Below are positions 39,300 through 48,579 of a stretch of 64,000 nucleotides of DNA, one piece after another. The translations under genes and the position numbers were made by a program. The stretch comes from an uncultured Candidatus Saccharibacteria bacterium (GTDB lineage Bacteria > Patescibacteriota > Minisyncoccia > Phycocordibacterales > UBA9973): positions 205,744-269,743 of the forward strand of contig CAZBZO010000001.1 in NCBI GenBank assembly GCA_964496425.1. The letters are read 5' to 3'. Position 1 is the first letter of the stretch. Every line of letters begins with the position of its first letter. Below the pieces are notes generated by a model. The model ran no database searches, was not told where the DNA came from, and saw nothing but the letters and a program-made list of their open reading frames with translations.

Positions 39300-39503
39300 A
39301 TTTTATTGATAGCGAAGAATTCTAATTTTTAGAATCCAACACTAAAGTAGTCTTCAGGCGATAGAACTGTACTCAAAAGTACAATACTAGGTGCCTGGAG
39401 GCTACGGTTATTTAATAAACGAACGTTGAAGTTATAGCACAGAAATATTCCTTTTACCAGTCAAATTATAAAAGTGTATTTGTAAAGTTTCCATGATATA
39501 GTC

Positions 39504-40130
39504 ATGGCCATGGCTACGATTATTTTTGATCTTGATGATACGCTACTCAATACCGCGCGCTTAAAAAAAGATTTTTTCAATATGCTTCAGCGTGAAACAA
39601 ATCTTTCTCATGAGGAACTAAGAAGTTGTTACAAAAAGTTTTCTCGCCAAGAAACCACCTTTGGTCCTGTCGCGTTTCTAAAATATCTTTCAATACAACA
39701 CCCGATCGCGCCGTCGATCAATAGCGAGAATTTTTTCTCCAGTCTCGATTGGTCACACTATATTGATCGTGATTTGTTTCATGCACTCGAGATCCTTAAA
39801 AATGACCATGAGCTTTGGATACTGACAAAAGGCGAGTCTTCGTTTCAGCAACTCAAAATCCAAAAAACTGGCCTTAATCATTTTTTCTCCCCTGATCGGG
39901 TCATTGTTTGTGAAAATTCAAAATGTGAAGCATTAGTGCCTCATAATTTCTCCGGAGACATTATTTTTGTTAATGATAAATATCACGAAACAAGAGAAGT
40001 GATTTCACGATATAAAAATTTCCTCCCCATTATTTTTAGCGGTTTTTCGAAGCTAACACCCGCCAAAAGAGATGATAACTATCAATTTGTGCATTCTTTT
40101 GAAAAGCTATTTGAGGTATTAAAAAAATAA
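39504..40130 (+). CDS. HAD-superfamily hydrolase
   Basis: Motif I IIFDLDDTL, ILTKG, QQLKI, FVND. Confidence 0.85.
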   Translation: MAMATIIFDLDDTLLNTARLKKDFFNMLQRETNLSHEELRSCYKKFSRQETTFGPVAFLKYLSIQHPIAPSINSENFFSSLDWSHYIDRDLFHALEILKNDHELWILTKGESSFQQLKIQKTGLNHFFSPDRVIVCENSKCEALVPHNFSGDIIFVNDKYHETREVISRYKNFLPIIFSGFSKLTPAKRDDNYQFVHSFEKLFEVLKK

Positions 40131-40144
40131 TAGGGTATGCATAA

Positions 40145-41077
40145 TTAGCATACCCTATGTCCGTTCATGTATTGTTTCAACTCTTTCTTGCCTGGTCCGT
40201 TGGTCGCTCCTCTCATTGTTACTTTTATGCCAGCAACAATAGCGGCCCAATGTACGCATTCCTGTACGCCGGAAAATGTGATGGATCCAATGTTTTCTTT
40301 TATCTCGAAAGCTTTAGAAAGAAATCCTCCATTGAACCAATCTCCTGTTCCGACAGAATAGGTCGGCAGATTTAAACGTAAGGGCTGGAAGTTTCCTACT
40401 TTGCCTTCCAGAGAAAAATATCCCCCATGTTTGTCTTCGGTAATGATGATTAATCGTACACCTAAACTGTGGATCTGTTTGAGACTCAAACGTGCCATTT
40501 GCAACTCTTTTTTGTTTACCAAAAGCATATCGGTGCAACCAAGAATAGTTTTTAATACTGCATGTTTTTTTAAAAGCATCGGCTTGGGGTTGAGTACGCG
40601 ATATCCATGTGATCCATTGAATAATGCAAGCAGAAGCTTTGTGTGTGCAGGTATTATTCCGGTTGCAATGCGCCAATCGCCTTTAAGTGTCTCTACTTCT
40701 CGGGCGGCTTTGTCGAGTATTTCACGAGAAATAATTGTAGAAGTACTACCAATTACGCGATTATTTTCACTCGTTTTATCAATCGGATATACAGCTACGT
40801 TGGCTTTCTTTAATATAGACAGCCGTTTAAAAGATAGAGAAAGTTTGCTCATTGCATGGTTAAGTAATATGTCATAATCACTTTGGGTATTTTTACCCGT
40901 AAGTCCAACAACAAGAGATGAATAACCACATTTTGCTAGTGCAGTTGCAACATTTACAGAAGAACCAGCGGGGAAAATCTCAAAATTTTTTAAAAGTAAT
41001 TTTTCACTTGGATCCGAACTGTCGAATCCAAATGTTATTTCAGCATTTGCTGAAAAACCTATAATTGGACTTGGCAT
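40145..41077 (-). CDS. PfkB/ribokinase-family carbohydrate kinase
   Basis: AGSSVNVATALAKCG, LLVNKKE, SVGTGDWFNGGFL; start uncertain (41116 possible). Confidence 0.85.
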   Translation of the reverse strand: MPSPIIGFSANAEITFGFDSSDPSEKLLLKNFEIFPAGSSVNVATALAKCGYSSLVVGLTGKNTQSDYDILLNHAMSKLSLSFKRLSILKKANVAVYPIDKTSENNRVIGSTSTIISREILDKAAREVETLKGDWRIATGIIPAHTKLLLALFNGSHGYRVLNPKPMLLKKHAVLKTILGCTDMLLVNKKELQMARLSLKQIHSLGVRLIIITEDKHGGYFSLEGKVGNFQPLRLNLPTYSVGTGDWFNGGFLSKAFEIKENIGSITFSGVQECVHWAAIVAGIKVTMRGATNGPGKKELKQYMNGHRVC

Positions 41078-41143
41078 AAGAGTCGATTTTAGAAGTGAAT
41101 TTTCCCCATCATACACGTTTTGTATTTAAATTCCAGTAGCTAC

Positions 41144-41171
41144 AAAAAAACCGCCTCGAGGCGGTTTTTTC
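41144..41171. terminator. intrinsic terminator
   Basis: AAAAAAACCGCC-TCGA-GGCGGTTTTTTT downstream of the NYN gene. Confidence 0.8.
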
Positions 41172-41195
41172 TTGGAATTTATTTTTTATTTTAAT

Positions 41196-41714
41196 TTATC
41201 GTCCAAAGCTTCCCATCAAATATTTTTTTGGATTGTCGGAGAGGTCGAGGAAGTCGTCGACGGTCTCTTTGAGTTTCATTGAGGCGGATTTGCCGAAGGT
41301 GGCGGCTTCCACTTGGATACCGGAATGGATCTGGAGGTATTCGACAAGCGGTATGAAGTCCCCGTCACCGGAGAGTATCACCACTGCATCGAGCTTCGGT
41401 GCCATGGTGATCGCATCGATTGCGAGCCCGACATCCCAGTCAGCTTTTTTGGCGCCGCCAGCGAAAACTTGGAGGTCTTTGGTTTTGGTTTCAATACCCA
41501 TTTTAGTCAAGGCTTCGAAAAATGTTTTCTCATCCCCTGCTTCCGAAGTAATGACATATGCAATCGCACGGATAAGTTTGCGTCCCGCGACAGCGTCTTT
41601 CAAGATCGCGGCGAAGTTCACACGAGCTTTGTAAAGATTGCGTGCGCTATGGTAGAGATTTTGCGTGTCGATAAATACGGCAACGCGCTGTTCTTTGTGT
41701 TTAATTACACTCAT
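41196..41714 (-). CDS. NYN domain protein (LabA/DUF88)
   Basis: VFIDTQNLY, KKADWDVGLAIDA, ILSGDGDFIPLV. Confidence 0.93.
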   Translation of the reverse strand: MSVIKHKEQRVAVFIDTQNLYHSARNLYKARVNFAAILKDAVAGRKLIRAIAYVITSEAGDEKTFFEALTKMGIETKTKDLQVFAGGAKKADWDVGLAIDAITMAPKLDAVVILSGDGDFIPLVEYLQIHSGIQVEAATFGKSASMKLKETVDDFLDLSDNPKKYLMGSFGR

Positions 41715-41766
41715 AAGTTAGTTAGTGGTTAGTAGTAAATAGTAAGTAGAAATACAAATATAGTCT

Positions 41767-41809
41767 AACATAAAATCCGCCCATCAAGACGATTGGCGGA
41801 TTTTATGTT
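41767..41809. terminator. intrinsic terminator-like hairpin after rpsO
   Basis: AACATAAAATCCGC...GCGGATTTTATGTT, with the same arms as 23186-23218. Confidence 0.7.
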
Positions 41810-41834
41810 TTTGATCTATTTCCGTGGTCTGTGA

Positions 41835-42098
41835 TTAGTCGAGCTTGAGTTTCTTGAGAAGCGCAGCGTGCTTAGTCTTGTCTTTGCGCTCGAGATACTT
41901 CAGATGGCTGCGACGGTCGGCTACCATTTTGAGTAGTCCGCGGCGAGAGTGGTTGTCTTTCTTGTGTTTCTTCAAGTGAGTCGCCAATTCGTCGATTTGT
42001 GCTGAAAGCATCGCTACTTGGACATCTGAAGAGCCTGTATCTTTCTCGTGAAGGCCATGTTTCTTAATAACGCTCTGTTTTTTTGTTTTCTTAAGCAT
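41835..42098 (-). CDS. rpsO: 30S ribosomal protein S15
   Basis: DTGSSDVQVAML, HLKKHKKDNHSRRGLLKMV; start at ATG 42098. Confidence 0.97.
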   Translation of the reverse strand: MLKKTKKQSVIKKHGLHEKDTGSSDVQVAMLSAQIDELATHLKKHKKDNHSRRGLLKMVADRRSHLKYLERKDKTKHAALLKKLKLD

Positions 42099-42214
42099 AA
42101 TTTCTGATATAAAAACTCGCATTTCGGCGAGTGCTGTAATGGGGCTATCATACCATAGATAAAAAAATAAAGCAACCCGTTTACCAGGTTGCTGTAATTC
42201 CGATGTGACTGCTC

Positions 42215-42433
42215 TTAAATGTGATTTCGTCTCTCCTTCCGTATGTATGAAACTGAATGAATGGCTGGAAATGCCATCATTATCCCAAAATACCAACAAG
42301 TCGGTACCCAGGGAATATCAGTTAATATAGAAAGTATAAAATAGCTTCCACACGAAAATAAACCAATGAGCATCCACAAGTAATTCTCCCACAAGAGCTC
42401 GGCTCCCGGGAAAGAAAACAGTTTGTGTTCCAT
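42215..42433 (-). CDS. small hypothetical membrane protein
   Basis: Two hydrophobic segments; ATG at 42433. Confidence 0.45.
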   Translation of the reverse strand: MEHKLFSFPGAELLWENYLWMLIGLFSCGSYFILSILTDIPWVPTCWYFGIMMAFPAIHSVSYIRKERRNHI

Positions 42434-42538
42434 AGAGTGATTTTTGAACAGTAAACTCCTTTCTGCCCTCTTTGTCAAAGAAAAGATTTAAACGCCATAG
42501 TAATTATTTTCCGACATTGGGAGTATAATCATACTTGT

Positions 42539-43453
42539 ATGGCAAGCGAAATAGAAAAATATATCCGCGAATTTCTCGAATATATGGAGATCGAGCGCGG
42601 GGCGAGCCTGAAAACCGTGGCCAACTACGAGCGCTACCTGGCTCGCTTCTTTGCATTTACCAAAATCACTACACCAAAAAATATTACTGAAGATGCTGTG
42701 CGCGAATTTCGTCTTCATCTCAATCGCGCCCCTGGCGTGAAAGTCAAAGGTCAAAGCCAAGCGACGCTTAAAAAAAATACGCAAAATTATTATTTGATCG
42801 CGCTTCGGCGATATCTCAAGTACCTTATGAAGCGTGGGATTACATCGCTTCCACCCGACCGAATAGAACTTGCCAAAGTGGGCGCTCGGCATCTCGATCT
42901 TATGTCAGCAGTAGAGCTCACTCGCCTTCTCGACGCTGCGAAAGGTGATGAGCTTCGTTCTCTTCGTGACCGAGCGATTCTCGAACTTTTTTTCTCAACA
43001 GGCCTCCGTCTTTCAGAGCTCTGCTCGCTCAACCGTGATCTCGATACTAGCAAAGATGAATTCTCTATTCGTGGCAAAGGCGAAAAAGTTCGTGTCGTGT
43101 TTCTCTCCGACTCGGCTCGCGCCGCCATTAAAAAATATCTTGCTAAGCGCGCTGACGTAGAAGAGCCGCTTTTTATCCAAGGATCTAATAATAAGACTGA
43201 AGGCAGCCGCCTCACTCCCCGCTCGATCGAGCGGATCGTCAAACACTATGCCATCGTGGCCGGTATTTCCCGCAAAGTCACGCCGCATATCCTGCGTCAC
43301 TCGTTTGCTACTGATTTACTTTCTAACGGCGCTGACATTCGCTCGGTGCAAATGATGCTTGGCCATGCCAATATTGCTACTACTCAGGTATATACGCATG
43401 TCACCGACAAACAACTTCGCGAAGTGCACAAAAAATTCCACTCAAGTAAATAA
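42539..43453 (+). CDS. XerC/XerD-type tyrosine recombinase
   Basis: RDRAILELFFSTGLRLSEL, GKGEKVR, TPHILRHSFAT, MLGHANIATTQVYTHV. Confidence 0.95.
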   Translation: MASEIEKYIREFLEYMEIERGASLKTVANYERYLARFFAFTKITTPKNITEDAVREFRLHLNRAPGVKVKGQSQATLKKNTQNYYLIALRRYLKYLMKRGITSLPPDRIELAKVGARHLDLMSAVELTRLLDAAKGDELRSLRDRAILELFFSTGLRLSELCSLNRDLDTSKDEFSIRGKGEKVRVVFLSDSARAAIKKYLAKRADVEEPLFIQGSNNKTEGSRLTPRSIERIVKHYAIVAGISRKVTPHILRHSFATDLLSNGADIRSVQMMLGHANIATTQVYTHVTDKQLREVHKKFHSSK

Positions 43454-43514
43454 AATTTTTGGTCTCTTAATAATCCATATGTTTTTTACTCATAATGTTT
43501 TATGATGAGCATGT

Positions 43515-44165
43515 ATGCCCAACTACGACGAACAAAAAAAATATTTCGAGAGAGCGTATGCGACAGGTACTGATATATGGACACATACTCCTTTTACTTT
43601 GAAAGGTAAAGAATTCGTGGAGCGTCTCTCCCCTAGCGCCATCATTCTCGACCTCGGTAGCGGTCGCGGGCGATTTCCGTTTGATCTCGGTAAGCTCGGA
43701 TTTAGAGTGATCGGGCTCGACTATATAAAAAGCATTGTTGAGAAAAACAATCAAGAAGTAAAAATGCTTGGTGTGGAGAAGACTGTCCGTTTTGTGGAAG
43801 GCGACGTGTTTGATATTCCTTTTTCAGACGACGGCTTTGATGCAGTGGCGGATGTGGGACTTTTGCAGCATATACAGGAGAGTGACTGGTCTCTCTATGC
43901 GAGCGAGGTGGCGCGAGTCACCAAACCGGGCGGATATTTTTTGCTCGTCGCTCTGTCTAAAGAAACAACACAATTTTTAAACTGGTCACCGAAGAAACAT
44001 GAGGAAAGTGACTTTGTACGCGATGACGTGTTTTATCATTTTTTCACTCAAGCAGAAATCAAAACTATTTTCAGTGAAAATTTTGAAATTATTTCCGAGC
44101 GGATCGACTATCTCGACTCCGGTGGTGAAGTGGCGTATGCGGTGAATGTATTAAAGAGGAAATAG
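43515..44165 (+). CDS. class I SAM-dependent methyltransferase
   Basis: ILDLGSGRGR, VIGLD, FDAV, KPGGYFLL. Confidence 0.9.
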   Translation: MPNYDEQKKYFERAYATGTDIWTHTPFTLKGKEFVERLSPSAIILDLGSGRGRFPFDLGKLGFRVIGLDYIKSIVEKNNQEVKMLGVEKTVRFVEGDVFDIPFSDDGFDAVADVGLLQHIQESDWSLYASEVARVTKPGGYFLLVALSKETTQFLNWSPKKHEESDFVRDDVFYHFFTQAEIKTIFSENFEIISERIDYLDSGGEVAYAVNVLKRK

Positions 44166-44269
44166 ATTCAAGATTAAAGATGTAAGAAAAAAGCACGGTC
44201 TATAAGTTGAAATGAAAGTCTCTGATGTAAGTATAAGTGTTTTATTTTAGTATGAAAAAGTTACTATAA

Positions 44270-44650
44270 AAAAGAGCCCCCTGATACAAAAAGTTGTATG
44301 AGGGGTACTCCGTTGTTTGTTGCTGATATCATGATCGCTCCTTGTTGTAGTTAACTGCGTTTCGTGTCTGGGCAGTCTAGTTCGGAGTTAGATTGACTAT
44401 CAGTCTACCACTTGCGGTGGTATTTAGCTGATTTTTTAAACCAGCTTTAATTAATGCAATCCCGCAAAATTGATTCAAACCCGCCTATTGTTTTTAGCGG
44501 ATTTGCATGCTGCGTCTGTGTCAGGATGTTGAACCCTGGTGACCGGTGCCGGTTGCTTTCATTTCCTGCTTTAAAAAAGTAAAAATAACAAAAAATCTTT
44601 GCCGTGTGGCGTGGCCCGGAGGCGATTTCATCTGTTTCATAGTTAAATTT
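44270..44650 (-). ncRNA. candidate structured non-coding RNA (unknown class)
   Basis: Own promoter (TTGACA-16-TATGAT, 44657-44684), five or more hairpins, terminator at ~44270-44312, no convincing ORF. Confidence 0.45.
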
Positions 44651-44656
44651 TTTCAT

Positions 44657-44684
44657 ATCATACACTTATATGTTTTTTTGTCAA
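44657..44684 (-). promoter_or_regulatory. sigma70-type promoter
   Basis: Minus strand TTGACA (44684-44679), 16 nt, TATGAT (44662-44657). Confidence 0.6.
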
Positions 44685-44721
44685 GTCTGTGTACTAACTT
44701 TTCAACTGCTATACTTTCTCT

Positions 44722-45492
44722 ATGAAAATTATTAGCTGGAACGTAAACGGTATTCGCGCAGTGGAGCGCAAAGGTAGCTGGCAGACTTTTATGAAAGGTA
44801 CCAAGCCTGATATTGTGTGCTTGCAAGAAACAAAAGCTGAAGTCGGGCAGCTCTCAAAAGAGCTTGTGGAAATACCGGGCTACTATGCGTACTTTTCTTC
44901 AAGCAAAGGCCGCAAAGGCTACAGCGGCGTGGGGCTCTATACAAAAATAAAACCTGAAAAAGTCACTTTTGGTATTGATGAGCCGGGAGTCGATGATGAA
45001 GGCCGAGTGATCGTCGCGCATTACAAAGACTTCGTACTTTTGAATATCTATTTCCCAAACGGCGGCGGCGGACCAGTACGGCTCGCCTACAAGCTCAAAT
45101 TCTACGATGATTTTTTGATATATATCGACAAACTTCGCAAAAAAGGCAAGCGCGTAGTTTTTTGCGGTGACGTGAACACTGCTCATGAAACTATCGATTT
45201 GGCTCGGCCAAAAGAAAATGAAAAAAATACCGGATTTTTACCGGAAGAACGTGCCTGGCTCGACGAAGTAGTAGCGCATGGGTATGTCGATGTTTTTCGC
45301 CATTTCTACCCTACTACCACGGGAGCATATACGTACTGGGATCAGAAGAGCGCCGCTCGCGATCGCAACGTCGGCTGGCGGATAGATTACTTTTTCGTCT
45401 CGTCAGATTTTCTGCCAGAGGTAAAAAATATCAAAATCCTCACTGACTATTTTGGCAGTGACCACTGTCCCCTTTTACTTACGACAAAATAA
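44722..45492 (+). CDS. xth: exodeoxyribonuclease III
   Basis: ISWNVNGIRA, CLQETK, GYSGV, CGDVNTAH, GWRIDYF, SDHCP. Confidence 0.97.
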   Translation: MKIISWNVNGIRAVERKGSWQTFMKGTKPDIVCLQETKAEVGQLSKELVEIPGYYAYFSSSKGRKGYSGVGLYTKIKPEKVTFGIDEPGVDDEGRVIVAHYKDFVLLNIYFPNGGGGPVRLAYKLKFYDDFLIYIDKLRKKGKRVVFCGDVNTAHETIDLARPKENEKNTGFLPEERAWLDEVVAHGYVDVFRHFYPTTTGAYTYWDQKSAARDRNVGWRIDYFFVSSDFLPEVKNIKILTDYFGSDHCPLLLTTK

Positions 45493-45542
45493 CAAAGCCG
45501 AGCCGTGAAAACACGCGGTGGATTTCTCTATAGAAATCTAGA

Positions 45543-45842
45543 TTAAAAATTTGTGTCGATACTCTCGGCATCGGTGCTATCGAGGTCCGCTCCGATAGAA
45601 TCAAGTTCGGCGTCGATGTCTGCATTCGAAGAGCTTCCCGAAGTATCACTTCCTGTACTAGAACTCATATCTTCATCAAAATCGGTGTTGATCCCATCCA
45701 CATTTACTGCATTGAGATCAGATCCTGTGCGATCGAGACTGGTGCCTATTTCTTCTGTGCCGCCAGCAAGAAGTGCAATGACGACAACAAGTACAATTAC
45801 AACGACAAATATCCAAATGAGGCCTTTTTTTTGCATATACAT
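45543..45842 (-). CDS. small membrane-anchored acidic protein
   Basis: N-terminal TM; two copies of an LDxxGxDLxxxxxxxIxTxF motif. Confidence 0.7.
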   Translation of the reverse strand: MYMQKKGLIWIFVVVIVLVVVIALLAGGTEEIGTSLDRTGSDLNAVNVDGINTDFDEDMSSSTGSDTSGSSSNADIDAELDSIGADLDSTDAESIDTNF

Positions 45843-45975
45843 GTATGAGACTGACCATCGGCCGGTCTCGAAGTTAATTTGCTAATCCATACCTGCTCGT
45901 ATTCTCAGTAGTTATTCTGATTCAAAATACGAGTCCAAGTCTCCTTCAGTATACACTCTCAATGGTCAATGCGAA

Positions 45976-46191
45976 TTACAAATCGGTATTGATACTTTCA
46001 ACATCCACTGACTCTAAATCTTTACCCGTCGCATCGAGCTCGGTACCGATTGCTTGAGCTGAAATACCGTTTGGATCTCCACCACCCCTATTTTCGGGAG
46101 CAATATTTTTCCCAAAAAGAAGTAGAGCTCCAATAACCATAGCTCCGATGACTATGATCCAAAAGACCCAGCTATTTGACCGTGTGTGCAT
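45976..46191 (-). CDS. small membrane-anchored acidic protein, paralog of the neighbour
   Basis: N-terminal TM; C-terminal ELDATGKDLESVDVESINTDL. Confidence 0.68.
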   Translation of the reverse strand: MHTRSNSWVFWIIVIGAMVIGALLLFGKNIAPENRGGGDPNGISAQAIGTELDATGKDLESVDVESINTDL

Positions 46192-46329
46192 ACATATAAA
46201 GACGTTTAGAATAAAAGAGTGTGATACGGGTGAGCCAAAATTCCCTTGACAAACAATGTTTTTTTGAGTATGGTTTGAATAAATAGAGTTGAGTAATTGA
46301 TTAATTTTTTTTCACCCAAAAAAATCATC

Positions 46330-46788
46330 ATGAAAAACTTTTTACCTTTCATTCTAATTTACTCAAACAACAGGCTCCTTATGAATCCTGATTCAGTGTT
46401 TGAAAAAATCCAAGTCGCATTTAATCGACTCGGCCAGATTTGGGATAATGCTCTCGCTTCATCACAAACAATCCCTCATGCGATCTGCGAAGTTCATCTT
46501 TATATGCAACAGTTTGTTGCACTAACCAGCACTGAGTATAGCAACCATGATTCGTTAACCCGAAGTCAGGTTGAAGAATTCATTCAAGCATGTGAAATAT
46601 ATGACCAGAAACTATTTTTATTGCAAATGTGGTTTCGGCAGATTGATCTACTTACTCTCTCTGAATGTATTGAATTTTATACCTTTATTCAAAGCACTAA
46701 AGAGATTGATCTTTGTCTGAAAAAGCATGTCGCAGTGCTACTCTGGTCCAAATTACGTGACCAAACACAGTATGCACTTGCAGCGTAA
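46330..46788 (+). CDS. hypothetical helical protein
   Basis: AT-rich ORF after a TTGACA...TATGGT promoter-like sequence; start uncertain (46330 or 46381). Confidence 0.5.
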   Translation: MKNFLPFILIYSNNRLLMNPDSVFEKIQVAFNRLGQIWDNALASSQTIPHAICEVHLYMQQFVALTSTEYSNHDSLTRSQVEEFIQACEIYDQKLFLLQMWFRQIDLLTLSECIEFYTFIQSTKEIDLCLKKHVAVLLWSKLRDQTQYALAA

Positions 46789-46847
46789 TTTAAATATTTT
46801 TATATAGCCATATCTCACGCTCGGATCAAAATATTTGATCCGGCGTT

Positions 46848-48407
46848 TTATTTTACCCCATGTTTTTTATGAATCTCTTCCAGTTCAGCATTTTCTTTTT
46901 CAGCTTGGGCGCGCTTACCAGCTTGGGCAAGTAGTTTCAATGCATCAAATGGCATTTCTCCAAGCTCGAGTACTCGTTTTTCAAGATGTTGTTCATTGTT
47001 GAGATCGGGATTTTCAAGCGCCTCTTCTAAAAGTGCATTGAGTATCATACCGACGCGTGGTCCAGGTTTTTCATCCAGTATTTCCATTACTCGAGAGCCA
47101 TCTATTTTCAGCATGCCGACGGATGTTGGCGCTCGCAACGCTTCTTCAATCATTGCGTGATACTTGCGTAAGCGATATGGTGCTTCTTTTTTCTTCATGC
47201 CAGCGCGATCACATTCTCTGACTTGCATGAGCTCCCAAATGTGTTCCCTTCCAATATTTACTATTGTTCGCCGTACTGCGGAGAGCGTAATAGTTTCAGT
47301 GTCCGAGAAAAACATATGGTAACGGACAAGTTTTGTTACAAGCTCTGATATGTCCTTTGGAAACTTTAGACGTTCCATTATTTTTACTACCATACGAGCG
47401 CCGATAACTTCATGTCCGTAAAAGGTGTACTTTCCTTTGCCACCAGCTTTAGTCCCATCCCAGCGACGGGTGCGAGGTTTCCCTATGTCATGAAACAAGG
47501 CGGTAAGTTTCACATGAAACGGAAAACTCTTCTCGCTCGCATGGCCAAGGGCATGTAAGCAGTGTTCATAGACATCGTAAATATGCTCGCCTTTTTGATC
47601 GCAGCCAATACCTTCTTCCAGTTCCGGGACAATGTATTTAAGAAGTCCAAGTTTCTGCAGCATACCGATCCCAATCATAGGGTTTGGAGAATCCACAATT
47701 TTTATAAATTCATCTCGAATTCGCTCAGAAGATATATTTTTAAGCAAATGCGCATATTGTAAAATAGCCTCCATCGTTTCATGTGAAACGGTAAAATTGA
47801 GCTGACACGCAAATCTTATTGCCCGCATGAGCCGAAGAGCATCTTCTTGAAAACGTTCATCTGGGAGGCCTACTGTGCGAATAATCCCCTTTTCTAAGTC
47901 TTCTTGTCCTTTATACAGGTCAAGTAGCTGTCCTTTAGAAGGACGATAGGCGATAGCGTTTATGGTAAAGTCACGGCGCTTCAAATCGTCTTCAATTTTA
48001 GTGCTAAATGTAACTTTATCCGGATGCCGGCTGTCTGAATAGGTCCCTTCGAGACGATATGGGGTTACTTCAACTATTTGCTTTTGAGAAATATTCGATT
48101 TTAAGGATTCTGTTACATGTGAAACATCATCGGTAATAGTTACACGTGAAACAGTATCATTGGTTTCTTGCACTACAATTACTGTTCCAAACTCATTTTC
48201 ATAGACGGTTTTTTCGAATAAGGCTTGTATTTGTTCTGGGTTGGCGTTTGTTGTGACATCCCAATCTTTCGGTATTTTGCCTAAAATCATATCTCGGACG
48301 CAGCCACCTACAAGAAAAGCCTCAAAACCAGCAGTTTCGAGCGTAGATGTTACACGTGTAACAAAGTCTGGTATGAGGTTATGAGCGATAGGTTGGGTTT
48401 GTTTCAT
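46848..48407 (-). CDS. cca: CCA-adding tRNA nucleotidyltransferase with HD domain
   Basis: LVGGCVRD, KDWDVTT, DLKRRDFTINA, RFQEDALRLMRAIRF, LFHDIGKP; specificity not determinable from motifs alone. Confidence 0.92.
   Translation of the reverse strand: MKQTQPIAHNLIPDFVTRVTSTLETAGFEAFLVGGCVRDMILGKIPKDWDVTTNANPEQIQALFEKTVYENEFGTVIVVQETNDTVSRVTITDDVSHVTESLKSNISQKQIVEVTPYRLEGTYSDSRHPDKVTFSTKIEDDLKRRDFTINAIAYRPSKGQLLDLYKGQEDLEKGIIRTVGLPDERFQEDALRLMRAIRFACQLNFTVSHETMEAILQYAHLLKNISSERIRDEFIKIVDSPNPMIGIGMLQKLGLLKYIVPELEEGIGCDQKGEHIYDVYEHCLHALGHASEKSFPFHVKLTALFHDIGKPRTRRWDGTKAGGKGKYTFYGHEVIGARMVVKIMERLKFPKDISELVTKLVRYHMFFSDTETITLSAVRRTIVNIGREHIWELMQVRECDRAGMKKKEAPYRLRKYHAMIEEALRAPTSVGMLKIDGSRVMEILDEKPGPRVGMILNALLEEALENPDLNNEQHLEKRVLELGEMPFDALKLLAQAGKRAQAEKENAELEEIHKKHGVK
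47506..48363. other. five parS-like 16-bp palindromes inside cca
   Basis: AGTTTCACATGAAACG 47506, CGTTTCATGTGAAACG 47775, TGTTACATGTGAAACA 48111, AGTTACACGTGAAACA 48138, TGTTACACGTGTAACA 48348. Confidence 0.8.
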
Positions 48408-48414
48408 GTTTAAT

Positions 48415-48553
48415 CTGGGAGATCGCCCGCGACTCGAAGTTCGTCGTCACTCACTTTGGTCTGGGCACCGCCTCGTAATCAGATCTGCTGATCTGATATT
48501 ATTCCGGCGTTCGATTCTCCACATCAGCCGATCAGTCGGCTGATTCTACCCGC
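48415..48553 (-). repeat. tRNA-trailer structured element (copy after tRNA-Gly GCC)
   Basis: Split antisense copy of the tRNA 3' end plus an 87-nt core that aligns without gaps to 48947-49033. Confidence 0.8.
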
Positions 48554-48579
48554 GCTGCGTTCGCTTTGCGAACTTGTTG

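Noticed and set aside
42539-43453. Tyrosine recombinase as a prophage or island integrase
   Set aside because: Size and motifs fit a housekeeping Xer; no phage genes or att repeats are adjacent.
44270-44650. tmRNA, RNase P RNA or SRP RNA
   Set aside because: No tRNA-like ends, no GAGGAAAGTCC RNase P signature and no SRP domain IV motif on either strand.
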